Source of the DNA: an uncultured Eubacteriales bacterium
Lineage (GTDB): Bacteria; Bacillota; Clostridia; Christensenellales; Pumilibacteraceae
DNA length: 64,000 bases
NCBI GenBank assembly: GCA_949292715.1
Contig: CASFAN010000002.1
Location: 3,534-67,533 of the forward strand
Direction: 5' to 3'
The notes beneath the pieces are model-generated. The model was not told the DNA's origin. It worked only from the letters and a program-made list of their open reading frames with translations, and did no database searches. Position numbers and translations under genes: made by a program. Positions 37,597 through 48,509 of this stretch are shown in pieces. The stretch's first letter is position 1, and every line of letters begins with the position of its first letter.

Positions 37597-38849
37597 TATT
37601 TTATCTCCTTTAAGCGTGCGGTCAGTGCTTTAAGCCCGCACTCTTCTTCCGTTCCGTCGGAAAGTTTTTTAATTTTTACTTTTTCTTCGGATATTTCGTT
37701 ACCGCCGATAACCACTGCATATTTAGCGCGCAACTTATCTGCGTATTTAAACTGCGCTTTAAGGCTTCTCCCCGTCATTTCGGTATCCGCGCTAATGCCG
37801 GCGTTCCGCAATTCCGAGGTTATTTTTATGCAATCGGTCGCATATTCGGGCGACTGACTCATTACGAATACGTCGGGAACGTTCTCGCAGAAATTCACGC
37901 CCTGTTTTTCCATAAGCATTATGATGCGTTCGAGTCCTACCGCAAATCCGACGCAACCGGTGGGTTTTCCGCCGAGCGACGACACGAGATTGTCGTATCT
38001 TCCGCCGCCGCACACCGTGCCCTGCGCTCCGAGCTCTTCCGTCACGAACTCAAAAACCGTACGGGTATAGTAGTCCAGTCCACGAACAATGCCGGGATCA
38101 ATCTCGTAAGGAACGCCTACCGCAGTAAGCAGCTCGCAAAGTTTGTCGTGATGAGCGCGGCAGTCGTCGCAAAGATAATCGAGAATTACGGGCGTGTTCT
38201 TGCCTATCTCGCGGCAAGCGGGCACTTTGCAGTCAAGCAGACGAAGCGTGTTCTTCGCATATCTTTCGCGACATGTCGGGCACATATCGTCCAGCTTGTC
38301 GGCATAATAAGCTCTGAGCGCTTCAACGTATTTTTTGCGGCATTCGGGACAGCCTATCGAATTAAGTCTGAGTTTTACGTTTTTCAGTCCGAGACCTACG
38401 AGTGCGTTATATGCAAGCGATATGCAATCGAGATCGAGATACGGGCTTGTCGCGCCGTAAACTTCCACGCCGAACTGATGAAACTCGCGAAGTCTTCCCG
38501 CCTGCGGACGTTCGTATCTGAATGCGGGAATTATATAATACGTTTTAAGCGGCAATGAAAGCGATTCGAGAGAATTTTCGATATAGCTTCTTGCCACGGG
38601 CGCGGTGCCTTCGGGTTTAAGCGTTATCGATCTCCCGCCCTTGTCCTCGAACGTATACATTTCTTTGGAAACAACGTCCGTCTCGTCGCCTATCGAACGT
38701 ACGAAAAGTTCGGTATGCTCGAACACGGGCGTACGTATTTCGCGCGCATTGTAAAGACGGGCAAGCTCACGCAGTTTGTTTTCCGTGTACTGCCATTTGT
38801 AGCTCTCCGAAGGGAGAACGTCTTTTGTTCCTTTGGGAATATTTATCAT
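37596..38849 (-). CDS. hisS: histidine--tRNA ligase
   Basis: 417 aa, GTKDVLP...FRYERPQAGRLREFHQ...GGGRYD. Confidence 0.97.
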   Translation of the reverse strand: MINIPKGTKDVLPSESYKWQYTENKLRELARLYNAREIRTPVFEHTELFVRSIGDETDVVSKEMYTFEDKGGRSITLKPEGTAPVARSYIENSLESLSLPLKTYYIIPAFRYERPQAGRLREFHQFGVEVYGATSPYLDLDCISLAYNALVGLGLKNVKLRLNSIGCPECRKKYVEALRAYYADKLDDMCPTCRERYAKNTLRLLDCKVPACREIGKNTPVILDYLCDDCRAHHDKLCELLTAVGVPYEIDPGIVRGLDYYTRTVFEFVTEELGAQGTVCGGGRYDNLVSSLGGKPTGCVGFAVGLERIIMLMEKQGVNFCENVPDVFVMSQSPEYATDCIKITSELRNAGISADTEMTGRSLKAQFKYADKLRAKYAVVIGGNEISEEKVKIKKLSDGTEEECGLKALTARLKEIK

Positions 38850-38871
38850 TTCAGTTTCAGCCTTCCACCGA

Positions 38872-40185
38872 TCAGATTATATATTTTTTAAGATTAAGAA
38901 TCTTGGCTTCCTTGCTAAGATGCTCAAGAACATAATTCTTGTCGATTTTGACCTCGACCATTGGATGATCGCCGCTCGCATTGAAAGAAATATCGTCAAG
39001 CAGACTTTCCATCACGGTATGCAGTCTGCGCGCGCCTATATCCTCCATCGTTTCGTTCTCGGCAACGGTTATGCGGGCAATTTCTTCGATAGCGTCCTGC
39101 GTGAACGAAAGATCTACGTTATCCACTCTGAGAAGTTCGGCATACTGTTTGGTTATCGCATTCTCGGGAACCGTAAGTATTTTTACGAAATCGTCGTATG
39201 TCAGACTGCCCAGCCCCACTCTTATCGGGAAACGCCCCTGGAGTTCCGGAATCAGATCTTCGACTTTCGCGAGCATGAACGCACCCGAAGCAATAAACAG
39301 TATGAAATCGGTTTTGATACTGCCGTATTTTGTCTGTACGGTAGAGCCTTCGACTATCGGCAGTATATCGCGCTGGACACCCTCTCTGCTGACATCCGCT
39401 CCCGACGTCGTTCCCGCGCGCGACGTTATCTTATCTATTTCGTCGATAAAGATTATTCCTTCCTGCTCGGCGCGACGCACCGCTTCCGCATTTATTGCGT
39501 CCACGTCAAGACGCTTTTCGCTTTCTTCGAGAGTAAAGAAATTAAGCGCTTCTTTTACGGTAATTTTGCGCGTTTTCTTGCGCTTCGGCATAAGACCGCC
39601 AAGCATTTCGCCGAGATTGATTTCCATTCCCATACCTCCGGGCATTTCAATCGGCTTCGGCGCTTCGGTCAGCTCGACTTCGATTATTTTATCGTCTTCC
39701 TTGCCTTCTCTGAGCGATTTAAGTAAAGTTTCTCGCATTACTGCTAAACTGCCGTCAGAATTCTTACGCTTTTTTTCGTCGAGAAGCACGCTGAGTACAC
39801 GGCGTTCCGCCTCCTCTCTCGCGACCGATTCGACTTCCGCCATTTTTTCCTCTTTTACGAGATGAACGGAAGTTTCCACCAGATCGCGAATCATGGATTC
39901 TACGTCTCTTCCAACATAACCCACTTCGGTGAATTTGGTTGCCTCTACCTTTATAAAAGGCGCTTTTACGAGCTTTGCGAGGCGGCGGGCGATTTCGGTT
40001 TTACCTACGCCCGTGGGTCCTTTCATGATTATATTCTTGGGGGTTATTTCCTGTCTGAGTTCTTCGGGAAGACGGCTTCTGCGATATCTGTTTCTGAGCG
40101 CTATCGCTACGGCGCGCTTCGCTTCCGACTGACCGATAATATACCTGTCGAGCTCGGCGACTATCTGTTTAGGTGACATACTCAT
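38872..40185 (-). CDS. hslU: ATP-dependent protease ATPase subunit HslU
   Basis: 437 aa, PKQIVAELDRYIIGQ...GPTGVGKTEIARRLA...IIFIDEIDKI. Confidence 0.96.
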   Translation of the reverse strand: MSMSPKQIVAELDRYIIGQSEAKRAVAIALRNRYRRSRLPEELRQEITPKNIIMKGPTGVGKTEIARRLAKLVKAPFIKVEATKFTEVGYVGRDVESMIRDLVETSVHLVKEEKMAEVESVAREEAERRVLSVLLDEKKRKNSDGSLAVMRETLLKSLREGKEDDKIIEVELTEAPKPIEMPGGMGMEINLGEMLGGLMPKRKKTRKITVKEALNFFTLEESEKRLDVDAINAEAVRRAEQEGIIFIDEIDKITSRAGTTSGADVSREGVQRDILPIVEGSTVQTKYGSIKTDFILFIASGAFMLAKVEDLIPELQGRFPIRVGLGSLTYDDFVKILTVPENAITKQYAELLRVDNVDLSFTQDAIEEIARITVAENETMEDIGARRLHTVMESLLDDISFNASGDHPMVEVKIDKNYVLEHLSKEAKILNLKKYII

Positions 40186-40189
40186 GTTA

Positions 40190-40723
40190 TCATACCTCCT
40201 CGACCGTTATGTGGTCGTTGGTAAATATGCAGATTTCTCCTGCTACTTTTATACTCTCCTCGGCTATTTCGCGCGCCGTCATATTCGTATGTTTCATAAG
40301 GGCGCGGGCTGCGCTGAGCGCATAATTTCCGCCGCTGCCTATTGCGCAGATACCGTCTTCCGGCTCGATAACGTTACCCGTCCCGTCGACGAGAAACATC
40401 TCGTCCGAGTTGGCAACGATCATCATGGCTTCGAGCTTACGCATAATTTTATCGCTTCTCCAGAGCTGAGCGAGTTCTACCGCGCTGCGCATAAGGTTAC
40501 CCGCATATTTCTGAAGCATTTCTTCGAACTTTTCGCAAAGCGTAAATGCGTCCGCAACCGATCCGGCAAAGCCCACGACGACTTTGTCTTCGTAAAGTCT
40601 GCGTACTTTAACCGCATTGCTCTTCATTACGGTAGTCTGACCTGCGGTCACCTGACCGTCACCGGCAAGCGCCGTTTTTCCGTCTTTCCTGACGGCTACG
40701 ATAGTGGTTCCTCTGATTTCCAT
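40190..40723 (-). CDS. hslV: ATP-dependent protease subunit HslV
   Basis: 177 aa, [23 protein letters not shown]. Confidence 0.96.
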   Translation of the reverse strand: MEIRGTTIVAVRKDGKTALAGDGQVTAGQTTVMKSNAVKVRRLYEDKVVVGFAGSVADAFTLCEKFEEMLQKYAGNLMRSAVELAQLWRSDKIMRKLEAMMIVANSDEMFLVDGTGNVIEPEDGICAIGSGGNYALSAARALMKHTNMTAREIAEESIKVAGEICIFTNDHITVEEV

Positions 40724-40725
40724 AA

Positions 40726-42021
40726 TTATATACTCTCCGAATAATCTTTTATAGCTCCGACGGCACGCTCGTACATCGCTTGTTTCCGCAACTGTTTGTC
40801 GCGTATGTGCGGCGTAATCGGCGGAAGCAATCCGTAATTTGCGTTCATCGGCTGAAAATTTTCGTTCGGCGACGAAATATATGCGGCAAGCGCGCCGAGT
40901 ACCGTCGTCTCAGGTAGCGGAAGCAATTCCTTTCCGTCCAGCATTCTTATCATGCAAAGCGCCGTGAATTTTCCCGTCGCTATGCTTTCCACGTATCCTT
41001 CCACACCGCCGAGCTGACCCGCGACAAACAGATCTTTTCTTACGCGAGATCGGAAAAATCTGTCCAACGAAGACGGGGCGTTTACGAATGAATTCCTGTG
41101 CATCACGCCGAAACGCATATATTCGGCGTTTTTCAGCGCGGGAATAAGTCCGAACACGCGCTTCTGCTCTCCGATTTTAAGGTTCGTCTGAAACCCGACA
41201 AGGTTATACATATCGCCGGCCGCGTTTTCTTTTCTCAGCTGAAGCACGGCATACGCACGCTTACCCGTGCGCGGATCGGTCAGTCCTACGGGCTTCATCG
41301 GCCCGAATCTGAGCGCGTCTTTACCGCGTCTTGCCATTACCTCGACAGGCATACAACCCTCGAAAATTTCGCCTTTTTCGAATTCGTGCTTGTCTGCACG
41401 CTCCGCATTTATCAATTCTTCGTAAAAAAGTTCGTACTCTTCTTTTGTAAGCGGACAGTTAAGATAATCGCTGTCGCTGCCTTTTCCGTAACGCGCGGCG
41501 AAATACGCGTTATCTTTATCGATGCTTTCCGCGCTCACTATAGGCGCTTCCGCGTCATAAAAATGCATGGCTCCGAAAAGCTCTTTGATTTCTTCGTCAA
41601 GCGGCGAAAGCGTCAAAGGTCCGGTCGCAAGTATCGTGGGTCCCGAAGGAAGCTTAATCGCTTTTTCGCAAACGATTTCTATATTATCGTGCGAACGCAA
41701 TTTTTCCGTCACGCTTCTTGCAAAACGCACGCGATCGACGGCTAACGCGCTCCCTGCCGGCACGGCGCACTTTTCCGCTTCTGCGATAAGCTTACTGCCG
41801 AGCAGTCGCAATTCTTCTTTAAGCAAGCCGTGCGCCGTAAGTTTATCGTTGCTTTTCAGAGAATTACTGCAAACGAGCTCGCAGAAATCATCCGATGAGT
41901 GCGCGGGACTTTTAATCAGCGGCTTACAGTCGACAAGACGTACTTTAACTCCTGCGTCGGCAAGCGTCAGCGCGGCTTCGCTTCCCGCAAGCCCCGCCCC
42001 GATTACGGTGCACTCACGCAT
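40726..42021 (-). CDS. trmFO: methylenetetrahydrofolate--tRNA-(uracil-5-)-methyltransferase
   Basis: 431 aa with [12 protein letters not shown]. Lies between topA and hslV as in Bacillus. Confidence 0.93.
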   Translation of the reverse strand: MRECTVIGAGLAGSEAALTLADAGVKVRLVDCKPLIKSPAHSSDDFCELVCSNSLKSNDKLTAHGLLKEELRLLGSKLIAEAEKCAVPAGSALAVDRVRFARSVTEKLRSHDNIEIVCEKAIKLPSGPTILATGPLTLSPLDEEIKELFGAMHFYDAEAPIVSAESIDKDNAYFAARYGKGSDSDYLNCPLTKEEYELFYEELINAERADKHEFEKGEIFEGCMPVEVMARRGKDALRFGPMKPVGLTDPRTGKRAYAVLQLRKENAAGDMYNLVGFQTNLKIGEQKRVFGLIPALKNAEYMRFGVMHRNSFVNAPSSLDRFFRSRVRKDLFVAGQLGGVEGYVESIATGKFTALCMIRMLDGKELLPLPETTVLGALAAYISSPNENFQPMNANYGLLPPITPHIRDKQLRKQAMYERAVGAIKDYSESI

Positions 42022-44266
42022 TTGCGTTTCCCGTATCCTGCGACTGCACCTTTTCCGAATAGTTGCAGTCTTTATCCGAACATCTGAGATATACGCCGTC
42101 TTTTTTGATTTTTTCGAGAAGCATATTCCCGCATTCGGGGCATTTTTTATCCGTAGGTTTATCCGTAACGGAGAATTTGCATTCGGGATAACCCGTACAA
42201 CCGTAGAACACGCTCTTATGATAATTAATCCTTCTGAGCGGCTTACCGCATACGGGACAAGGCGGTAAAGGAGCTTCCTCTCCGAATTCCTTCGTGTTTT
42301 TGCATTTAGGGTAATTCGGGCATGCGAGGAATTTGCCGCGAGGGCTCTCTTTGATTATCATCTTTGCGCCGCACTTTTCGCATATGACGTCGGTTTCCTG
42401 AACAGGCGTTTCCACCTTTACTTTTATATTCCCGTTTTCGTCAAGTTGTTTAGTGTTTTTGCACTTAGGATAAGCGGAGCATGCAAGGAATTTTCCGTAC
42501 CTGCCTTCCCTTATCACCATGGGTGCGCCGCACTTTTCGCATTTGTACTCGGTTTCCTGAGCAGGTGCTTTCATTTTATATCCGTCCCCCATCGCGTTTT
42601 TTATTTCTTCTTCAAACCCGTCGTAAAACTCGCTTATCAGCTGCTGCCATACTTTTCCGCCTTCTTCTATCGTATCGAGTTTTGACTCCATTTCCGCCGT
42701 AAACTTAACGTTCATAATATCGGGGAAATACTTTATAAGCATATCGCATACGTTGCAACCGAGCTCCGTAGGCTTTATCGATTTACCCTCACGTTCGGTA
42801 TATGAACGCTTTTCTATAAGCGACACCGTGGGCTGATACGTCGCGGGACGTCCGATTCCCTTTTCTTCCATCGCTTTGATCAGCGTAGCTTCCGTATATC
42901 GTGCAGGCGGTTTGGTAAACTTTTGTTCAAACGAATATTCGATAAATCCGAGACGCTCGCCCTCGTCAATATCGGGCAGTTTCTTCATTTCGTCTTCGTC
43001 TTTTTCTTTTTCGGCATAAACACGCGTATATCCCGCAAAAAGCGGTGTTTTACCGCTCACCTTGAAGCCGTAATCGCCGCACGCTATATCTGCCGTCAGC
43101 GAATTGTATTTCGCGTCGCTCATCTGACTTGCAAGGAAACGTTCGTAAATAAGTTTGTAAAGTCTGTAATGATTCTTGTTTATCAGATCTTTCAAGCTTT
43201 CGGGAGTCCGCGCTAGCGAAATCGGACGTATAGCTTCATGGGCGTCCTGAACGTTGCCTTTGGAAGCGTATATATTAGGCTTTTCCGGAACGTACTCGCT
43301 GCCGAAATTTTCGGTAATGTAATCTTTCGCCATTGCCATGGCTTCGGGCGAAACACGCGTAGAGTCCGTTCTTATATAGGTTATAAGCGCGACTTTTCCT
43401 TCGCCTTTGATATCCACGCCCTCATACAGTGCCTGCGCTGCCATGGACACCTGATTAAGGCTCATTCCAAGCTTATTGATAGCGTCCTGCTGCATTGTGC
43501 TCGTTCTGAAAGGCGCGGGCGCATGTGCATGAGTAACCGTTTTTTTGACGCTTGTAACGACATATTCCTTTCCGTCTATGTCGCGGATTACCGCGTCGAC
43601 TTCATCCTTGCTGCCTATCTTGTATTTCTCGCCTTTTTTCGTCGCAAGCGCGGCTTTGATCTTCGCTCCGCCGCGTCCCGAAAGTATCGAGAAAAACGGC
43701 CAGTATTCTTCGGGTACGAAATTCAGTATCTCGCGTTCCCGTTCGACGACGAGACGAAGCGTAACGCTTTGCACTCTGCCCGCAGAAAGTTTACTTTGAA
43801 TTTTTCTGCAAAGCACGGGAGAAAGTTTATAACCGACGAGTCTGTCAAGCACACGGCGCGCCTGCTGTGCGTCAACGAGATTTTTATCGATCACTCTCGG
43901 CGACTGCAAAGCTTTCTCTATCGCCTTTTTGGATATTTCGTTAAACGTTATTCTCGCTTTTTCCGTTTCGGGAATTCCGAGTATCGTTGCGAGATGCCAT
44001 GAAATTGCTTCGCCTTCACGGTCCGGGTCGGTCGCAAGCAAAACTTCTTCTGCGTTTTCCGCCGTTTTTTTAAGCTCAGCGACTATTTTCTTTTTGTCGG
44101 GCATTATCGTGTAAGTAGGTTTAAAACCGTTTTCCACGTCGACCGCAAGCGTTTTTGTGGGAAGATCTCTCACGTGTCCCATAGTCGCGAATACTTTATA
44201 ACCGTTTCCGAGATATTTCTGTATGGCGGGTTTCTTACCCACACCTTCTATAACGACAAGTTTCAA
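42014..44266 (-). CDS. topA: DNA topoisomerase I
   Basis: 750 aa with Toprim (VVIEG...), LITYIRTDS (active-site Tyr context) and four C-terminal CxxC...CxxC zinc ribbons. Confidence 0.97.
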   Translation of the reverse strand: MKLVVIEGVGKKPAIQKYLGNGYKVFATMGHVRDLPTKTLAVDVENGFKPTYTIMPDKKKIVAELKKTAENAEEVLLATDPDREGEAISWHLATILGIPETEKARITFNEISKKAIEKALQSPRVIDKNLVDAQQARRVLDRLVGYKLSPVLCRKIQSKLSAGRVQSVTLRLVVEREREILNFVPEEYWPFFSILSGRGGAKIKAALATKKGEKYKIGSKDEVDAVIRDIDGKEYVVTSVKKTVTHAHAPAPFRTSTMQQDAINKLGMSLNQVSMAAQALYEGVDIKGEGKVALITYIRTDSTRVSPEAMAMAKDYITENFGSEYVPEKPNIYASKGNVQDAHEAIRPISLARTPESLKDLINKNHYRLYKLIYERFLASQMSDAKYNSLTADIACGDYGFKVSGKTPLFAGYTRVYAEKEKDEDEMKKLPDIDEGERLGFIEYSFEQKFTKPPARYTEATLIKAMEEKGIGRPATYQPTVSLIEKRSYTEREGKSIKPTELGCNVCDMLIKYFPDIMNVKFTAEMESKLDTIEEGGKVWQQLISEFYDGFEEEIKNAMGDGYKMKAPAQETEYKCEKCGAPMVIREGRYGKFLACSAYPKCKNTKQLDENGNIKVKVETPVQETDVICEKCGAKMIIKESPRGKFLACPNYPKCKNTKEFGEEAPLPPCPVCGKPLRRINYHKSVFYGCTGYPECKFSVTDKPTDKKCPECGNMLLEKIKKDGVYLRCSDKDCNYSEKVQSQDTGNANA

Positions 44267-44273
44267 ATTACCG

Positions 44274-45338
44274 TTACCTCACTGACAATGAATAATAATT
44301 GAACATTTTCCGCTCGACAATCCCGTCAAGTTCCATTTCTCCGAGCAATTCCGCAGTGTCGGCAGGACTTATTCCGAGCGCCGACGCAATATCGTCGAAA
44401 TGCATATTTCCTTTCCCGAGCATATCCGCAACTTTTTTACGGTCGCCCGTAAGCCGTCTTTTCTCGCTTTTCGCGAAATCGGGCTCATAACCCAGGTCTT
44501 CCTCCACATCGTAAGGCGAAGTCACCGCTATCGCCCCGTGTCTGAGTAATCCGTTTGTACCCGCGGATCTTGTGGAAAGCACGCTTCCGGGTACGACGAA
44601 CACGGGTTTATTCTGTTCCGCGCCGCTTTTAGCCGTTATGAGCGCGCCGCTTTTCTCGCCCGCTTCCACGATCAGCACGCCGTCGGATATTCCGCTTATG
44701 ACTCTGTTCCTCTCGCCGTAAACGTATTTGCCGGCAGGCATTGAAGGAGAATATGCGCTTAGAAGCAAATATCTGCCTTCCGCGTTTTTAAGAAAATCAG
44801 GAAGAACGTACTTATCGTGTCCGCACGCAAGCACGACGATCGCGCGCCCGCCTGCGCCGATGCAGGATTTAACCGCATACGTATCGATACCAGTAGCATG
44901 GCCGCTAACGATCACGAATCTGCGGCAAAGCGTTTCAGACCAGCTTGAAGCCACAGTTCTGCCGTAATCCGTACTCGCCCTGCTCCCTACCACGGCAAGA
45001 GTTTCTTCCGAAAGCAAAGCGTCGTTGCCTTTTGCGTAAAATACGAGCGGCGTCTTATCTTCGCATTCGGCAAACTTTACGGGATAATTCCCGTAACCTT
45101 TTATCAGTAGTTTTATTCCTTTCTTTTTCAAAGCATAAAGCTCCTTGTCAAGAAAGGATTCGTCTGCAGACTGCTTCATTCTTTTGTAACATTTACCGCA
45201 GAATTCACGCAATTTTTCCGAACCGACGGAATCGGCTATTTCCGACGGTTTACCGTAAATATCGAGCAAAGCATACTGTTTGCTCAGACTGAGTCCGGAG
45301 GACGACAGCCAATAGTATGCTTTACGTTCATCCGTCAT
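44274..45338 (-). CDS. dprA: DNA-processing protein DprA/Smf
   Basis: 354 aa, AVVGSRASTDYG...SGHATGIDTYAVK...VVEAGEKSGALITA. Confidence 0.93.
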   Translation of the reverse strand: MTDERKAYYWLSSSGLSLSKQYALLDIYGKPSEIADSVGSEKLREFCGKCYKRMKQSADESFLDKELYALKKKGIKLLIKGYGNYPVKFAECEDKTPLVFYAKGNDALLSEETLAVVGSRASTDYGRTVASSWSETLCRRFVIVSGHATGIDTYAVKSCIGAGGRAIVVLACGHDKYVLPDFLKNAEGRYLLLSAYSPSMPAGKYVYGERNRVISGISDGVLIVEAGEKSGALITAKSGAEQNKPVFVVPGSVLSTRSAGTNGLLRHGAIAVTSPYDVEEDLGYEPDFAKSEKRRLTGDRKKVADMLGKGNMHFDDIASALGISPADTAELLGEMELDGIVERKMFNYYSLSVR

Positions 45339-46867
45339 AACCGATAGCTCCTGTCAAGACTGCGGTACTGCACCGCTTCGGCAACGTGCTTTTTCATTAT
45401 GTTTTCACTGCCGTCAAGATCGGCTATCGTGCGCGCGACCTTTAATATACGCGTATACGCACGCGCGGAGAGACCGAGTTTCATGAACGCCGAACGCAAC
45501 AATCTTTCGCTTTCTTCGTCCGTTTTGCAATATATACGCATATCCGCCGCGGACATCTGAGCGTTGCAATGTATTCCCGTTCCTTCGAAACGTTTCGTCT
45601 GCAACGTGCGGGCTGCGTCAACGCGCGCCTTTACCGTAGCAGAATCTTCGCCGTCCGTATCGCCCGAAAGTTCGTCGTAAGTGACGTTGCCCACTTCGAT
45701 ATGAATATCGATACGGTCAAGCAAAGGTCCGCTGAGCTTCGATAAGTATTTATTTATCTGTGCGGGCGTACAAGTGCATTCAGCCGTCTGAGAACCGTAA
45801 TTTCCGCAAGGGCACGGATTCATACTTGCGACAAGCATAAAACGCGCGGGATAGTCCACCGAACGCGAAGCGCGGCTTACGGTTATCTTACCGTCTTCCA
45901 CGGGCTGACGCAGTATTTCGAGAGTCTGGCGCGAATATTCCGGAAGCTCGTCGAGGAACAGAACGCCGTTATGCGCAAGCGATATCTCCCCCGGCATTGC
46001 GTTCGATCCGCCGCCCGTAAGCGCTATCCGGGAAGCCGTATGATGCGGAGAACGGAAAGGGCGCGACGTAATCAAACCTTCATCCGTGCCGAGTTTTCCC
46101 GCAACGCTGTGAATCTTTGTCGTTTCCAGCATTTCTTCGGCAGTCATATCGGGCAATATCGAAGGCAAGCACTTTGCAAGCATGGTTTTTCCGCCGCCGG
46201 GAGGTCCTATCATAAGAATATTATGACCGCCTGCGGCAGCTATCTCAAGAGCGCGGCGCGCAGCGTACTGACCTCTGACGTACTTCATGTCTTCGCCGTG
46301 CCTCGATGCAGATAAAGCCGAATACACGTCTTTGACGGCAATCGGCTTTTCTTCGCTGTTATTTGTGAGAAAGGATACCGTCTGAGCCAGATTTCCGAAC
46401 GCATATACTTCGATGCCGTCCACATAAGACGCTTCCTCGGCGTTTGCTTCGGGCACTATTACCCGTCGGAAACCTTTTTCTTTTGCGGATATTATCATCG
46501 GAAGTATTCCGTCCACCTTGCCGAGGTCACCGTTAAGCGAAAGCTCGCCGACAAAGACCGTACCGTCAAGCTTGTCCGAAACAAGCTGTTCGGTAGCCTG
46601 CAATATACCGAGCGCTATCGGAAGATCGAACTGCGATCCCGCCTTACGCGCGGAAGCAGGCGCAAGATTGACCGTTATCCTTTTCGGAGAAAGACGGAAG
46701 CCGCTGTTTTTAAGCGCGCTCCGCACCCTCTCTTTGGATTCTTTTGTAGCGGTATCGGGCAGTCCGACGATTTCGGTTCCGGGCAGACCGTTATTTATAT
46801 CGATCTCGACGGAAACTTCGAAACCGTCTATTCCCTGTAATCCGTAACTGCTGATCTTCGCTAACAT
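45335..46867 (-). CDS. comM: YifB/ComM-family Mg-chelatase-like AAA+ ATPase
   Basis: 510 aa, GPPGGGKTMLAK...GVLFLDELPE... with a C-terminal helix-turn-helix-like end. Confidence 0.92.
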   Translation of the reverse strand: MLAKISSYGLQGIDGFEVSVEIDINNGLPGTEIVGLPDTATKESKERVRSALKNSGFRLSPKRITVNLAPASARKAGSQFDLPIALGILQATEQLVSDKLDGTVFVGELSLNGDLGKVDGILPMIISAKEKGFRRVIVPEANAEEASYVDGIEVYAFGNLAQTVSFLTNNSEEKPIAVKDVYSALSASRHGEDMKYVRGQYAARRALEIAAAGGHNILMIGPPGGGKTMLAKCLPSILPDMTAEEMLETTKIHSVAGKLGTDEGLITSRPFRSPHHTASRIALTGGGSNAMPGEISLAHNGVLFLDELPEYSRQTLEILRQPVEDGKITVSRASRSVDYPARFMLVASMNPCPCGNYGSQTAECTCTPAQINKYLSKLSGPLLDRIDIHIEVGNVTYDELSGDTDGEDSATVKARVDAARTLQTKRFEGTGIHCNAQMSAADMRIYCKTDEESERLLRSAFMKLGLSARAYTRILKVARTIADLDGSENIMKKHVAEAVQYRSLDRSYRL

Positions 46868-46913
46868 ATCATCCCCTTAAGCCTTGCGGCCGTGTTTTAA
46901 TTGATTTTCTCCG

Positions 46914-48455
46914 TCAGCCTCTTATCCAGAGTTTCATACACTCGCCGAAAGTAGCGGTATTATCCGTAATGAAAGGTTTTCTATGCTTTGCAAGGGCAAG
47001 ATCCACGACTACTACCGTGAAATACACATGCGTAAGTATGGTAAGCACGGAAAGCAGTATGGAAAACACGTTAAGCGCTCCGATATCGATAAGCTTGAAC
47101 GGATCCGTTATGAGATCGCCCGATATCTGTCCGCCTCCGAGCATTACGAGAAGCGCGTTGAGAAGCACGAATACCGAAAGTACGGAGAATACTTTGATCA
47201 GACGCTTGTCCTTCGTTATAAGGAACGAAAGCAACATGAGCGTCATACCCGGCAGTAGCGACCATTCGCTCGCGCCCATCATATAAATCGCAACGGTTAC
47301 CGAAACGTACGAAGCAAGAAGCGCGAGGTTTCCGCGGTTGCGCTTCATCAGGTAAAATACGCAGGAAATAACCGCAGACAGCACGACGAATATTATCGCA
47401 AATACTATAGACTTGAAATTAGGTCCGAGTGAAGTGAAATTGAGCGTAAGCATCGAATAAATGCTGAGCGCGTTCTCTCCGAAATAATACAGTCCGCTGG
47501 ATCCGCTTATGAAAGGTTTTACGAACAGCTGATTGTATACGGCGGCGAAAGTCATCGTTCCGTCCGCAAAGTACGCGGGCAATGCGACAAGATATATCGC
47601 GGCAAGTCCGAGCACTGCGCAAAGCGGCGCGTAAAACACGTTATAGTAAGCCGGATCTTTCATTACGGAATCGAAAGAAGGCTTGACCTTAACGATGTTT
47701 ACTATTGACTTGACCGTAAGATACACTACGTAGAAGCCGACCACGGGAACGACGAACACCGCATCCGAGCATATCAGGCAGGATGCCGCGGCGGCTACGC
47801 ACATTCCGAACACGTTCTTAGTTATGAGGTAATAGAACGTAAGGAAAAGCGCGGGTACGAGCAACGCATATACCGAACCCCACATGCTGCTCATGACAAA
47901 ATACAGAGGGTTGAGATATACAAGCGCCGAGAACGCAAGCGCGACATATCGGTTAGTGAATTTTTTAGCCGTCCAGTAAATCATCGATGCAAGAGCTATG
48001 TCCGCAAGAAGATAAGGAAGCTTTACGAAAAGACGCATCATAATGTCGGTTTCGCCGAAACCGAGAGTTACGCCCCAGCCCGCAAACACGGTATAAAGAT
48101 AACCGGTGAGCGGAGCTACCGTAATGTAATTATTAGTATAATTCGCAAAACCGTCGTTTACGTTGAAAACGTCGTTGGCTATACTGTATGCGGTATGATA
48201 ACTCTCGCCGTATCCGTTGATGACGAAAGTAAGCAGAATTCTTACCGCAATACCGACGGCAAGTATGATAAGGAAAACATGAAATGTCTTCATCTTCCCC
48301 ACCGTTTCGGTTTCCTCTGCTTTGTAAGCATGGTATCTGCCGACGATAAAGACGGCAGCGAGAGATACTGCGACTGCAATAATCATAAATATTATGATCA
48401 GAAGCACGTTAGCCGCAAGTAAATCGCTGTTGATTGCCAATAGAGTGTTAAACAA
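46914..48455 (-). CDS. polytopic membrane protein, possible GT-C-fold glycosyltransferase
   Basis: 513 aa with at least 12 hydrophobic segments. TTG start lies 5 nt after GGAGG. The first loop region YITVAPLTGYLY weakly recalls the ALG6/ALG8/PMT-type DYPPLTAY motif. Function is not established. Confidence 0.45.
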   Translation of the reverse strand: MFNTLLAINSDLLAANVLLIIIFMIIAVAVSLAAVFIVGRYHAYKAEETETVGKMKTFHVFLIILAVGIAVRILLTFVINGYGESYHTAYSIANDVFNVNDGFANYTNNYITVAPLTGYLYTVFAGWGVTLGFGETDIMMRLFVKLPYLLADIALASMIYWTAKKFTNRYVALAFSALVYLNPLYFVMSSMWGSVYALLVPALFLTFYYLITKNVFGMCVAAAASCLICSDAVFVVPVVGFYVVYLTVKSIVNIVKVKPSFDSVMKDPAYYNVFYAPLCAVLGLAAIYLVALPAYFADGTMTFAAVYNQLFVKPFISGSSGLYYFGENALSIYSMLTLNFTSLGPNFKSIVFAIIFVVLSAVISCVFYLMKRNRGNLALLASYVSVTVAIYMMGASEWSLLPGMTLMLLSFLITKDKRLIKVFSVLSVFVLLNALLVMLGGGQISGDLITDPFKLIDIGALNVFSILLSVLTILTHVYFTVVVVDLALAKHRKPFITDNTATFGECMKLWIRG

Positions 48456-48465
48456 TTGAACCTCC

Positions 48466-48502
48466 GAAAAAGCACAAAAAGAGTTTGGAGTCCAAACTCT
48501 TT
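48466..48502 (-). terminator. rplS terminator (immediately upstream of the next gene's SD)
   Basis: Minus strand AAAGAGTTTGG..CCAAACTCTTT followed by TTGTGCTTTTT. Confidence 0.7.
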
Positions 48503-48509
48503 CGTACCT

